Source: a virus
Lineage: Duplodnaviria; Caudoviricetes
IMG/VR virus record: IMGVR_UViG_3300035208_005087
Coordinates: 64,545-128,544 of that record
DNA: 64,000 nucleotides
Direction: 5' to 3' (one strand)
Shown: positions 37,401-44,866 of the stretch, piece by piece
Layout of the letters: every line of letters starts with the position of its first letter
How positions within the stretch are numbered: the first letter of the stretch is position 1
Program-made: the position numbers and the translations under genes
Notes under the pieces: model-generated
Told to the model about the DNA's origin: nothing
The model's database searches: none
What the model saw: only the letters and a program-made list of their open reading frames with translations

Positions 37401-38483
37401 CTATTTCGCAAAAACGTGAGACACGTCAGGAGTAGTTCCCCACACAGCAGCAAGTTCATCTTCTTCACTTCGAGCGGCAGACGCTTTTCGTACCATGCCT
37501 GCACTCATCTGTGATGGAGCCGGTTCATATGCTTGGAAAATGGATGCTAAGAGGTCTTGGCTGCTCGCTGTCTTAGCGGTGCCTTCACCCTCTTCACCTT
37601 CTTCCTCGCCTGCCCCGTCTTCTTCACCAAAAGTAATTTCCATTTCACCTTCGTCGCCTTCTACAGCAGGTGCTTCTTCGCCTTCCATACCTTCGTCGGC
37701 GTCATCGCCCATATCCATAGCTGGTTCGTTTTCCATTGCAGGAGCTTCGTCAGCAGGTTTTTGTTTCAATGCTTCTAACTCAGCTTTCAAAGAGGCTACA
37801 GTGGCTTCCAAGGCGGCTAGTTTTTCGTCACCTTCTTCAGCTTTTTCTTCACCGGCTTTCTTTTCGTCACCTTCATCAGCTTTTTCTTCTGCTTCGCCGG
37901 CTTTCTTTTCTTCGCCTTCTTCAGCTTTTTCTTCTGCTTCGCCTGCTTTCTTTTCGTCACCTTCTTCAGCTTTTTCTTCTGCTTCGCCTGCTTTCTTTTC
38001 GTCACCTTCTTCAGCTTTTTCATCACCGGCTTTCTTTTCTTCGCCTTCTTCTTTAGCAGATTGTAAAACATCTTCGGCTAAAGCAGCTTGGCGGCTCAAG
38101 ATCCCGTCTAAGGCAAAGTCCGGTAAAAACATCAAGTCTGTAGCGTTTGCTGTGATCACTTCTTCATTGGCCCCTGGTAACATACATTCAGATGCTGTAA
38201 CACACTTAGCAGCATGTTCACGCACGTTCTTAGAACTACGGATTTCGTTAGCGAATGCTAAACGTAATTCCCCGATGTTCATGTCATTGCGTTCTTTTAC
38301 ATCCTTGTCGTGCAAAGCCTTTGTTTCTTGAGTAGAAATAGGATCTTCACCGAATTCGGAAGGACCCCCAATATCATACTTCTTAGCGAAGGCATCACCG
38401 GTGTTGTTTTCTTGAGTGGCATCCAATGGGCCACTCATTTGTTCGCCAGCTTTTTTTCCTGTAAGACGAGTTCTCTGTGTCAT
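37401..38483 (-). CDS. Prohead scaffolding protein
   Basis: Highly acidic, EKKAG tandem repeats, coiled coil LEATVASLKAEL; lies between protease and MCP; likely start ATG 38483. Confidence 0.75.
   Translation of the reverse strand: MTQRTRLTGKKAGEQMSGPLDATQENNTGDAFAKKYDIGGPSEFGEDPISTQETKALHDKDVKERNDMNIGELRLAFANEIRSSKNVREHAAKCVTASECMLPGANEEVITANATDLMFLPDFALDGILSRQAALAEDVLQSAKEEGEEKKAGDEKAEEGDEKKAGEAEEKAEEGDEKKAGEAEEKAEEGEEKKAGEAEEKADEGDEKKAGEEKAEEGDEKLAALEATVASLKAELEALKQKPADEAPAMENEPAMDMGDDADEGMEGEEAPAVEGDEGEMEITFGEEDGAGEEEGEEGEGTAKTASSQDLLASIFQAYEPAPSQMSAGMVRKASAARSEEDELAAVWGTTPDVSHVFAK
37820..38050. repeat. Imperfect 30-39-bp tandem repeats encoding (E/D)EKKAG(E/D)(AE)EKA(E/D)EG
   Basis: Five KKAG units visible in DNA and protein. 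Confidence 0.85.
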
Positions 38484-38629
38484 TTTCAATCCTCTTTTTT
38501 TTGGGTTCAGAGTTTTTTGTTCTTCCCCCCTTGAGGCATAACGCTCCCTGCGGGGTCCATCCTTTCCCGGGCAAATGTCAACAAGTAGTATGTCTTCCCT
38601 TTCCCCGAAACTTTATGTTTTTTAAAAGG

Positions 38630-38642
38630 ATTAGTAGATTAT
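38630..38642 (-). promoter_or_regulatory. Candidate late promoter of the scaffold-decoration-MCP operon
   Basis: Exact ATAATCTACTAAT(CC). Confidence 0.8.
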
Positions 38643-38655
38643 TCATCTACCTCTT

Positions 38656-40302
38656 TTAAAACTGCTTAAGTATCTTAGACCATGTCGAAAAAACACTCTT
38701 TTCTCTAGCCGTTAGAGGCCGTACAGCCTTAGTCATAAAACCTAAAACAGGGTCTTTGACATTCGAGAACCCTGCGGTTTTTATGTACGAGTATACATCC
38801 CTCGCTACCGGTGTCCCATGCCTTCTTGCTTCTATAAAATCCAGCACTCCCATCATGTCATCCCTAGTAAATCCCAGTTTCTTTAGTACCGAGGGGTTCT
38901 TGGCCACAGCAAAAGCCATGATATTGGCCGCAGTTTTTATGTCTAAAATTTGGGATATGTCGATGGAGTATCTATCCTTCACATATTTAGCAGTCTTGCG
39001 GGTAGAGGCCTCTTTAACAATGCTGTCAGCCTCCCTAAATACATCCTGGTGCTCTATTATACCTTGAGCCACCTCATCCTGCTTACTCTTCTCTTGTAGA
39101 GTCTTCTGTAATTTGTCTAAGAGCACTTGCTTTACATTGGTAATTACCGAGTCCTCTATACTTTTTCTTATGTCCGCAAAAGGGGTCGCATCCGCTTCTT
39201 CCGGAGATACTCCAGGTTCTTCCCCTTCTTCTCCTCCTGATTCTCCCTCATCTGGGAATACACCGCCGGCATCTCCCTCTTCCGGAACAGCCGGCCCATC
39301 CTCTTGAGGCATTTCTGGGAATGCATCTGTACCCTCTTCCGTAGCAGGTGGTTCCTCAAAGCGCGCGGCACCTTCATCAGTTTCCTCATCAGCATTTTTT
39401 ACAGAAGCTGCTTTCAAGAAGGCGCCTACATCGTGATGCTCCGTCTTAAGATCTATTCTTTTCTGTAAAGAGGCCATTAAAGGGTCTACCCCTTTTTGTT
39501 CCTTTTGGGACTTTTCTAAGTTCATCTTAATAGTTTCAGGAGGGGACACTATATTATGGAGTACTGCCCCTGTGAAAGCTGGTTTTCGTACCCATGAGGC
39601 ATCTATGAACTGTACGCTCGAAGGGTCGTCTTTGTGGCCACAAATTTCTGCGATGATTCTTTTCTTACCAAATTCATCATAGAAGTAGTTTTTTCTGTAG
39701 TATTGGATATGCTCACACTGCTCTGCTTCATCTGCTGCCACGTTTCCACACCTACTACACCTGGAGTACTGTATTAAGCACCCCATGCTTACTGCGTTAT
39801 ATTCCTTCCTTAAAATCTTTTCACACATGTCGGGGAATTCCCAACTTGTGGCTATGAGCAAATCTACATAATAAGTAGTATTAGGTTCTCCGTCCTGTCC
39901 TACCCCTAAGTCTACCTCTCGTATAGCTGCATCAATAACCTTACCTCTAGAGAACTCCGGTTGCTGAATATGCTCTACGTAGTTATTGGCCCCTACAAAA
40001 GTCCTAAAAGTCTTGTACAGCAACTCTCGTTCCCAACAGTCACCATTGTTGTTCACAAATACAGAATGGTCCGGTTTTATGTAATAGTCCGACTTCAGGT
40101 CTTTAGAATCCGCCAACTCGATATCTACAGATGCCATGATAGTAACATGTGAGAGAAGCCATTTGTTAGGGTCGTATAAGGACAAAACCTCCGAGGCTGT
40201 TTTTGTCATGCCCTGGGGTCTTTTGGACGTAGCTTTTAACCATGCCCCTCGATCTACTTTGGGCGTTATTAAATCTGCGCTACTAGTTCTTCTCATGGCC
40301 AT
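38656..40302 (-). CDS. Prohead maturation protease (HK97/S78-like) with Zn-finger insert and acidic tail
   Basis: NNNGD..NYVEH (His), AVSMGC (Ser), CSRC..CEHI insert, DASWVRKPAF (compare E-x-S-x-V-x-x-P-A); position upstream of the scaffold. Confidence 0.75.
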   Translation of the reverse strand: MAMRRTSSADLITPKVDRGAWLKATSKRPQGMTKTASEVLSLYDPNKWLLSHVTIMASVDIELADSKDLKSDYYIKPDHSVFVNNNGDCWERELLYKTFRTFVGANNYVEHIQQPEFSRGKVIDAAIREVDLGVGQDGEPNTTYYVDLLIATSWEFPDMCEKILRKEYNAVSMGCLIQYSRCSRCGNVAADEAEQCEHIQYYRKNYFYDEFGKKRIIAEICGHKDDPSSVQFIDASWVRKPAFTGAVLHNIVSPPETIKMNLEKSQKEQKGVDPLMASLQKRIDLKTEHHDVGAFLKAASVKNADEETDEGAARFEEPPATEEGTDAFPEMPQEDGPAVPEEGDAGGVFPDEGESGGEEGEEPGVSPEEADATPFADIRKSIEDSVITNVKQVLLDKLQKTLQEKSKQDEVAQGIIEHQDVFREADSIVKEASTRKTAKYVKDRYSIDISQILDIKTAANIMAFAVAKNPSVLKKLGFTRDDMMGVLDFIEARRHGTPVARDVYSYIKTAGFSNVKDPVLGFMTKAVRPLTAREKSVFSTWSKILKQF

Positions 40303-40314
40303 ATTAAAATACCC

Positions 40315-40443
40315 CTACTTCTTTGCTTTTTTCTTTTTCTGCTGGAGTTTATGTGCTTTCTCCGCTGCTTCTATCTTTTCTGGAGACCAGCCCTCTGTTT
40401 CTTCTTGTATCACAGGAAAAGAGCCTCGTTTTATTAGTGCCAT
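40315..40443 (-). CDS. 42-aa basic-tailed small protein (below the ORF-track cutoff)
   Basis: AGGAGG RBS; MALIKRGSFPVIQEETEGWSPEKIEAAEKAHKLQQKKKKAKK; fills the gap between its neighbours. Confidence 0.65.
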   Translation of the reverse strand: MALIKRGSFPVIQEETEGWSPEKIEAAEKAHKLQQKKKKAKK

Positions 40444-40455
40444 TAGGATACCCTC

Positions 40456-41010
40456 CTAGTCTTTATAAGAAGCTAACACAGCCTCTCGTAATAGTTCTTC
40501 TGGTACAGAAGAACCATACTTTTTGTACAATGCGGAATACACCTGCATAGATGAAAACCCGCCTTCTTTGGCCCCTTGGATGTCTTGATCGACCCTCTCT
40601 GAAGTGCTAGATGCGAATTTAACTACTACTTTTTCGACTGTAGCTTTTTTCTGAAGCATCCCGATGAACCCCGAGAACTCGTTGGCCACCTTAATAGACA
40701 CTACATCCCTGTCCACAGGAGAAGCAGTACCGAAATACTTGTCGGACATTTGCTTGTCATATGAACTGGGGATATTGTCCCCAGGTACTACAGAGATACC
40801 TGCAGTAGGGGGTACTAAGATCAATTCTTCTGGAGACATCTTTTGCGACAACCCTATGGGCCACGTCACTTCCACTTTATGTATCTTTGGGAAGATACCA
40901 GTAACCCTTCCTACATAAGGAGAGATATCTGTGGAAGAGGCGAACCACTTCACGTTGTCCCCTATCTTAAAATCTTCCGGTGCTACAGGTATTGGGTATA
41001 GTGCTGGCAT
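40456..41010 (-). CDS. Hypothetical head-module protein with SH3-like N-terminus
   Basis: FKIGDNVKW..GRVTGIFPKIHKVEVTWP; KVA/KKA/KFA motifs. Confidence 0.65.
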   Translation of the reverse strand: MPALYPIPVAPEDFKIGDNVKWFASSTDISPYVGRVTGIFPKIHKVEVTWPIGLSQKMSPEELILVPPTAGISVVPGDNIPSSYDKQMSDKYFGTASPVDRDVVSIKVANEFSGFIGMLQKKATVEKVVVKFASSTSERVDQDIQGAKEGGFSSMQVYSALYKKYGSSVPEELLREAVLASYKD

Positions 41011-41076
41011 TTCTTATTCTCCATTTAATTAAACACTACCTGTACAGGTAGCCTTCGTCTGAAGATTTTCGTATGG

Positions 41077-41089
41077 ATTAAGAGATTAT
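41077..41089 (-). promoter_or_regulatory. Candidate late promoter
   Basis: Exact ATAATCTCTTAAT(CC). Confidence 0.75.
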
Positions 41090-41091
41090 CG

Positions 41092-41124
41092 AAAAAAAGG
41101 GCCTCTATGTACCACATAGAGGCC
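41092..41124 (-). terminator. Intrinsic terminator downstream of the TnpB right end
   Basis: 12-bp stem AGGGCCTCTATG / CATAGAGGCCCT followed by a T-run. Confidence 0.85.
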
Positions 41125-41151
41125 CTACACCTAGGAGAATGAGACTGCTAC

Positions 41152-41310
41152 AAATCTGCTAGATTTTTGCGTGAACTACCCCTGACCTAAAGAGTCAGGG
41201 GCTTCGGACATCAACGCCTTGCCTACCTTTTTGGTCTTACGACCAGAGGCATTTGGCAACGGCTCCGTCTTTTTTTGTTTAGAGTCCGAATCGGTACACG
41301 ACCCAGACTG
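41152..41310 (-). ncRNA. TnpB omegaRNA (right-end RNA) with flanking guide GCAAAAATCTAGCAGATTT
   Basis: Established architecture: the omegaRNA overlaps the tnpB 3' end and right end, and the guide comes from the flank. Boundaries approximate. Confidence 0.6.
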
Positions 41311-42411
41311 TAAAATCATTAATCCCTGTGTTTTTATGTTGTTAGATGCATTGACATCACGATCACGGGCACAATCACATTCAGGACATATCCATTCACG
41401 ATGAGACAATTTTAAAGATCGGTTTCTATAACCACATTCAGAACATATCTGAGATGAAGGGAAGAATCGGTCAATTTCGACCTTTTGTTTTCCATACCAT
41501 TCAGATTTATATTTGATGAAGTTACTGAAATAACCCCAACCTACATCAGCTATATGTTTAGCCAATTTGTGGTTATGCATCATTCCTTTGACATTCAGGG
41601 ATTCCATACATATGATGTCGTGGTTCTTGACTATCTCGTATGAAACTTTATGAAGGAAATCTTTCCTCTGATTCGCAATCTTTTCATGTAGCTTTGCTAC
41701 ATGATGTTTGCGAAATTTATAGGAACCCGATTCCTTATTCTTTATCTTACTTAATTGCTTTTGTTTAAAAGCTAATTTCTTCTGTGTTGATACGAAGTAT
41801 CTTGGATTTGAATACTTAGTTCCATCACTTAAAATAGCAAAATTTTTTATACCTAAATCAACACCTATATATGACCCTGTCTTTGGTAGTTCTTTTGGTG
41901 TGAACTCAGCAGTGATACTGCAATAGTAATTACCACACACTGTTTTACTTATTGTAGCATAACAAATTTCACCTTCAATTTCTCTATGAATATTGATTCC
42001 AATTCCTGTCTTGAACTTTGGTATATGTAGCTTTCCATCTCTGATGGAAATATGTTGAGGTACTGTAAAACTTGTCTTGGTTCCTTTCTTCTTGAAATTA
42101 GGAAATTTAGTTAGCCCCTTATAGAAACCATGATATGCGTTATCCAATTGGCGCAACGTCTGTTGCATACTTTGGGAATTCACTTCATTCAACCACTTAT
42201 ATTCTTCCTTGTCTTTCATTTCAGTCAACATCAAGGCTGTATCATGGTAATTCAATCCCTTCTTAACTGCATTCTTGTTCTGTAAATAGAAATCGGATCT
42301 GACTCTAAGGAAGTGATTCCATACAAATCGGTTATGACCGAAATGACGAGCCAGAAGTACCTTCTGTCTTTCATTAGGGTATATCCTAAAATTGTATGAT
42401 CGGTGTCCCAT
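41176..42411 (-). CDS. tnpB: RNA-guided endonuclease TnpB
   Basis: HTH_OrfB N-terminus (YNFRIYPNERQ..FG..RFVWN); RuvC GVDLGIK, MESLNV, DRDVNA all intact; CSEC..CPEC Zn ribbon. Confidence 0.95.
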   Translation of the reverse strand: MGHRSYNFRIYPNERQKVLLARHFGHNRFVWNHFLRVRSDFYLQNKNAVKKGLNYHDTALMLTEMKDKEEYKWLNEVNSQSMQQTLRQLDNAYHGFYKGLTKFPNFKKKGTKTSFTVPQHISIRDGKLHIPKFKTGIGINIHREIEGEICYATISKTVCGNYYCSITAEFTPKELPKTGSYIGVDLGIKNFAILSDGTKYSNPRYFVSTQKKLAFKQKQLSKIKNKESGSYKFRKHHVAKLHEKIANQRKDFLHKVSYEIVKNHDIICMESLNVKGMMHNHKLAKHIADVGWGYFSNFIKYKSEWYGKQKVEIDRFFPSSQICSECGYRNRSLKLSHREWICPECDCARDRDVNASNNIKTQGLMILQSGSCTDSDSKQKKTEPLPNASGRKTKKVGKALMSEAPDSLGQG

Positions 42412-42417
42412 ATTTAC

Positions 42418-42446
42418 AATATATACTATTTCTATGTAAATATCAA
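42418..42446 (-). promoter_or_regulatory. Sigma70-type promoter for a probably leaderless tnpB mRNA
   Basis: TTGATA-N17-TATATT ending 6 nt before the ATG; no Shine-Dalgarno. Confidence 0.55.
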
Positions 42447-42518
42447 TAATTATTTAAATTATGTTGTTCGATTCATCCGCTAGGCTAAAGACCTAGCGGT
42501 TTTCTCTCACTAAATCCG

Positions 42519-42633
42519 ATAAAACCTCGTCAGGGACTGGCGAGTACACTGATGGAGACGATGTCAGACTTAGCAATAAGCAATTGTCGATGAAGTCAGA
42601 AGCCCATGAGTCTTTAGCTCAGGGGTAGTTCAC
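42519..42633 (+). pseudogene. Remnant 3' end/right end (omegaRNA region) of a second, oppositely oriented tnpB element
   Basis: Translates as KTSSGTGEYTDGDDVRLSNKQLSMKSEAHESLAQG* (the intact TnpB ends ..MSEAPDSLGQG*). Ends GAAGCCCATGAGTCTTTAGCTCAGGGGTAGTTCAC, near-identical to the other right end. Confidence 0.8.
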
Positions 42634-42640
42634 AGTTTCC

Positions 42641-43045
42641 CTAAAGCTGCTTTGAACCCTTAGCGTAGGCATCCTTGATTTCCTTTCCAGGATTTTTGGT
42701 GTCGGAGAACATGAAAGCGTTCTTCTGTATAGTCTCTGCTATACCATCCAAGTCCATGGCCAATCTTAAAGAGGCTTCCGTTTGATCTTCCGCTAATGTT
42801 GATGCCACCTTGTCCAAAATCTCTAGAGACGCTTTTTTTAGAGAGTCGGGTAGGATTAAAATTTCCTCTCCATCCTCTCCCCCAGTATTCTGCACAGTGT
42901 TCACCGGCTGAGGGTCTCCCTCCACTATTGCCGCTGCTTGCACACCCTCATCACCACCTGGTTGTCCGTCCTTGTCGGGGCTAAGGTACCCTGCGTCTGT
43001 GGGATTGTTGCTTTCTTCATTTGCCGCTACTTTACTGTACAACAT
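42641..43045 (-). CDS. Head-module protein with LDKVA helical motif
   Basis: Likely start ATG 43045 (GAGGGG RBS); LKKASLEILDKVASTL..LAMDLDGIA. Confidence 0.65.
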   Translation of the reverse strand: MLYSKVAANEESNNPTDAGYLSPDKDGQPGGDEGVQAAAIVEGDPQPVNTVQNTGGEDGEEILILPDSLKKASLEILDKVASTLAEDQTEASLRLAMDLDGIAETIQKNAFMFSDTKNPGKEIKDAYAKGSKQL

Positions 43046-43046
43046 G

Positions 43047-43334
43047 CTAGTGCCCCTCATCTACAGTGTTCTTAAGGGTGTCGTTTTCTTTACCGACCCC
43101 GTCGGCCTTATTCAAGGCAGTTTTACTAAAGCTGTTATAGGACATAGCCATACCTAAATACGCTATGACGCCTGTGTCCGGTCCTACACCTTTAGTCAGG
43201 TAGTGGAAACACATAGTCACCAAGATGATAAAGAGAGGTGCTCTTCCTATAGATATCTTTCTTTCCCCTACACTATTCGTGTCTGTGAACAAAGGTAACA
43301 TTGCCTTAGCTAGTTTACTAAACATTTTCAGCAT
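43047..43334 (-). CDS. Small two-helix membrane protein (holin-like)
   Basis: Two hydrophobic segments (APLFIILVTMCFHYL; GVIAYLGMAMSY) and a charged tail. Confidence 0.45.
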   Translation of the reverse strand: MLKMFSKLAKAMLPLFTDTNSVGERKISIGRAPLFIILVTMCFHYLTKGVGPDTGVIAYLGMAMSYNSFSKTALNKADGVGKENDTLKNTVDEGH

Positions 43335-44283
43335 CGTCTTCTCCCTCTTCTTCTTTTGAAAGGATAGCTAGTACTTTTTTCAAAGCCTCTTTAGAGTTTG
43401 CTTCTAAACCCTCTAGATGCCCTCTCAGTGCTACTACATCCTTTTCATCCATACCCTGGTCCTCGTCCAAGAACCCTTCCAATTTTTCATAGAACTTTTT
43501 ATAGTCCTCCTCTCCCAAAGACTCTAATTTCTCTGGGTGGGAAATTAGTGCCCAGAATTCGGGCAGCTTCTCTTTTATTATTCTAAGAGGGGCTACCTCC
43601 GAGGAGAAGCTCTCTAGGGCATTTGCAACCTTATCCACTTCTGTGGCTAAGTCAACATTCCCCATCCCTTCTATCTGTGAGGCCACCTTATCTAAATTAT
43701 CGATCAACTGTGCCAACACGATAACGGGCGTGCCCTTCCCTATCATTTTTCGGATACCCCTTTTGGCCGGCGTAGGCTTTTCTTTAAGAGCCTTCGATAC
43801 TCCTGAAGGGGTCACCTTCTTCATCCGCCCCGTGGGTGTAAATTCTACAACACTCTGGGCAGCCTCTTTCTTTGCCATATTGGCCGTATTGGTGCTTTGT
43901 GTGTCTTTAGCTTTTATCCTGGCCACATCCTTGTCAGTCAACATCTCCTCGATATTGCGTACAAGCAAGTCCATAGTCGCGGGCTGTAACTTATCCTGCC
44001 ACTTACCCGAAGAGTATGACCCCACAGATAAAGAAGCTGCTTCCTTTAATGCTGCCTCTGGATCCTCAAGGTATGTGGTCTTATCTATAATGGTAATAGC
44101 ATGCCTTGCTAGATCCTGGATGTCCTTGTCTGTCAAATCCCCTGCTACCGGAGTAAACTTAGTTCGGGCATCCCCTCTGTTTACTACTTTTTCTATCACA
44201 GGGGTTTTGTCATAGTAAAACCTGTCCCGCGCGTCTTCAGTTACTTCAGGCAATGTTTTTAATTTATTTTCTTTTTTACTCAT
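43318..44283 (-). CDS. Head-module protein with LDKVA helical hairpin motif
   Basis: LIDNLDKVASQIEGMGNVDLATEVDKVANALE. Confidence 0.65.
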   Translation of the reverse strand: MSKKENKLKTLPEVTEDARDRFYYDKTPVIEKVVNRGDARTKFTPVAGDLTDKDIQDLARHAITIIDKTTYLEDPEAALKEAASLSVGSYSSGKWQDKLQPATMDLLVRNIEEMLTDKDVARIKAKDTQSTNTANMAKKEAAQSVVEFTPTGRMKKVTPSGVSKALKEKPTPAKRGIRKMIGKGTPVIVLAQLIDNLDKVASQIEGMGNVDLATEVDKVANALESFSSEVAPLRIIKEKLPEFWALISHPEKLESLGEEDYKKFYEKLEGFLDEDQGMDEKDVVALRGHLEGLEANSKEALKKVLAILSKEEEGEDDAENV

Positions 44284-44318
44284 AGCGTACAGTCCTTTTT
44301 CACTTTTAATCTTCTTGG

Positions 44319-44331
44319 ATTAGGAGATTAT
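44319..44331 (-). promoter_or_regulatory. Candidate late promoter
   Basis: Exact ATAATCTCCTAAT(CC), overlapping the 3' end of 44320..44604. Confidence 0.75.
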
Positions 44332-44604
44332 CCTTAGGTTTTTTCTCTTCTGCTCAAAACCTTGAATAACCGCTGCGAATCTACTCATAGGCTCCGCCTT
44401 TGCCTCATCAATCTCAGAGGACATTTCTTGTACTGTGTTCTCTACTGTTGTGGCTAGCGAGTGCATCTCGAAAGCTAAGGCATTAGCTTTTTGCATTAGG
44501 CGTGTGTATTCTTTCTGATGCTTTTCTGGAACACCTTCCGTGCCTAGTTCCACAAAGTTATCTAGGCGTTCCCCTGTTACCTTTAACCTATTCTGTATAC
44601 TCAT
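44320..44604 (-). CDS. Hypothetical helical protein
   Basis: 94 aa, GAGGG RBS, overlaps the upstream gene. Confidence 0.6.
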   Translation of the reverse strand: MSIQNRLKVTGERLDNFVELGTEGVPEKHQKEYTRLMQKANALAFEMHSLATTVENTVQEMSSEIDEAKAEPMSRFAAVIQGFEQKRKNLRIIS

Positions 44605-44866
44605 TTACGTTCCCTCGTTTACCTTTAGGTATGTAGCTATTATTATCTCTTCCTTCCGCTCTATACTCTTGCATGTACTCCCTTCCATAGTCCCTTGTTT
44701 CCGAGATAGGGGTCATATGCTGTCTCCTAGGAGGCTTATAATTAGGCTGCTTCCTATAAGGTCTTTCTTTATCATCCAGCTTCTTAAGTGCGGCCTCTTT
44801 ACTTTCTTCCTCTTCTTCCACCGCCTGTCGTATGAGGCTGGAAATGTGTACCCATTTACTCTTCAT
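44588..44866 (-). CDS. Hypothetical protein
   Basis: 92 aa, AGGAG RBS, overlaps the portal stop. Confidence 0.6.
   Translation of the reverse strand: MKSKWVHISSLIRQAVEEEEESKEAALKKLDDKERPYRKQPNYKPPRRQHMTPISETRDYGREYMQEYRAEGRDNNSYIPKGKRGNVNEYTE

Larger units (their letters stand above)
41171..42518 (-). mobile_element. IS200/IS605-family tnpB-only (IS1341-like) element
   Basis: Left-end hairpin CCGCTAGG-7nt-CCTAGCGG (42477-42499) preceded by TTTAT (42519-42523, minus); right-end hairpin CCCCTGAC..GTCAGGGG ending TTCAC at 41171; more AT-rich than flanks; no tnpA. Confidence 0.85.

Noticed and set aside
41171-42633. A DDE-type IS or MITE with terminal inverted repeats
   Set aside because: The apparent inverted ends are two IS605-type right ends. 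There is no DDE transposase and no target-site duplication.
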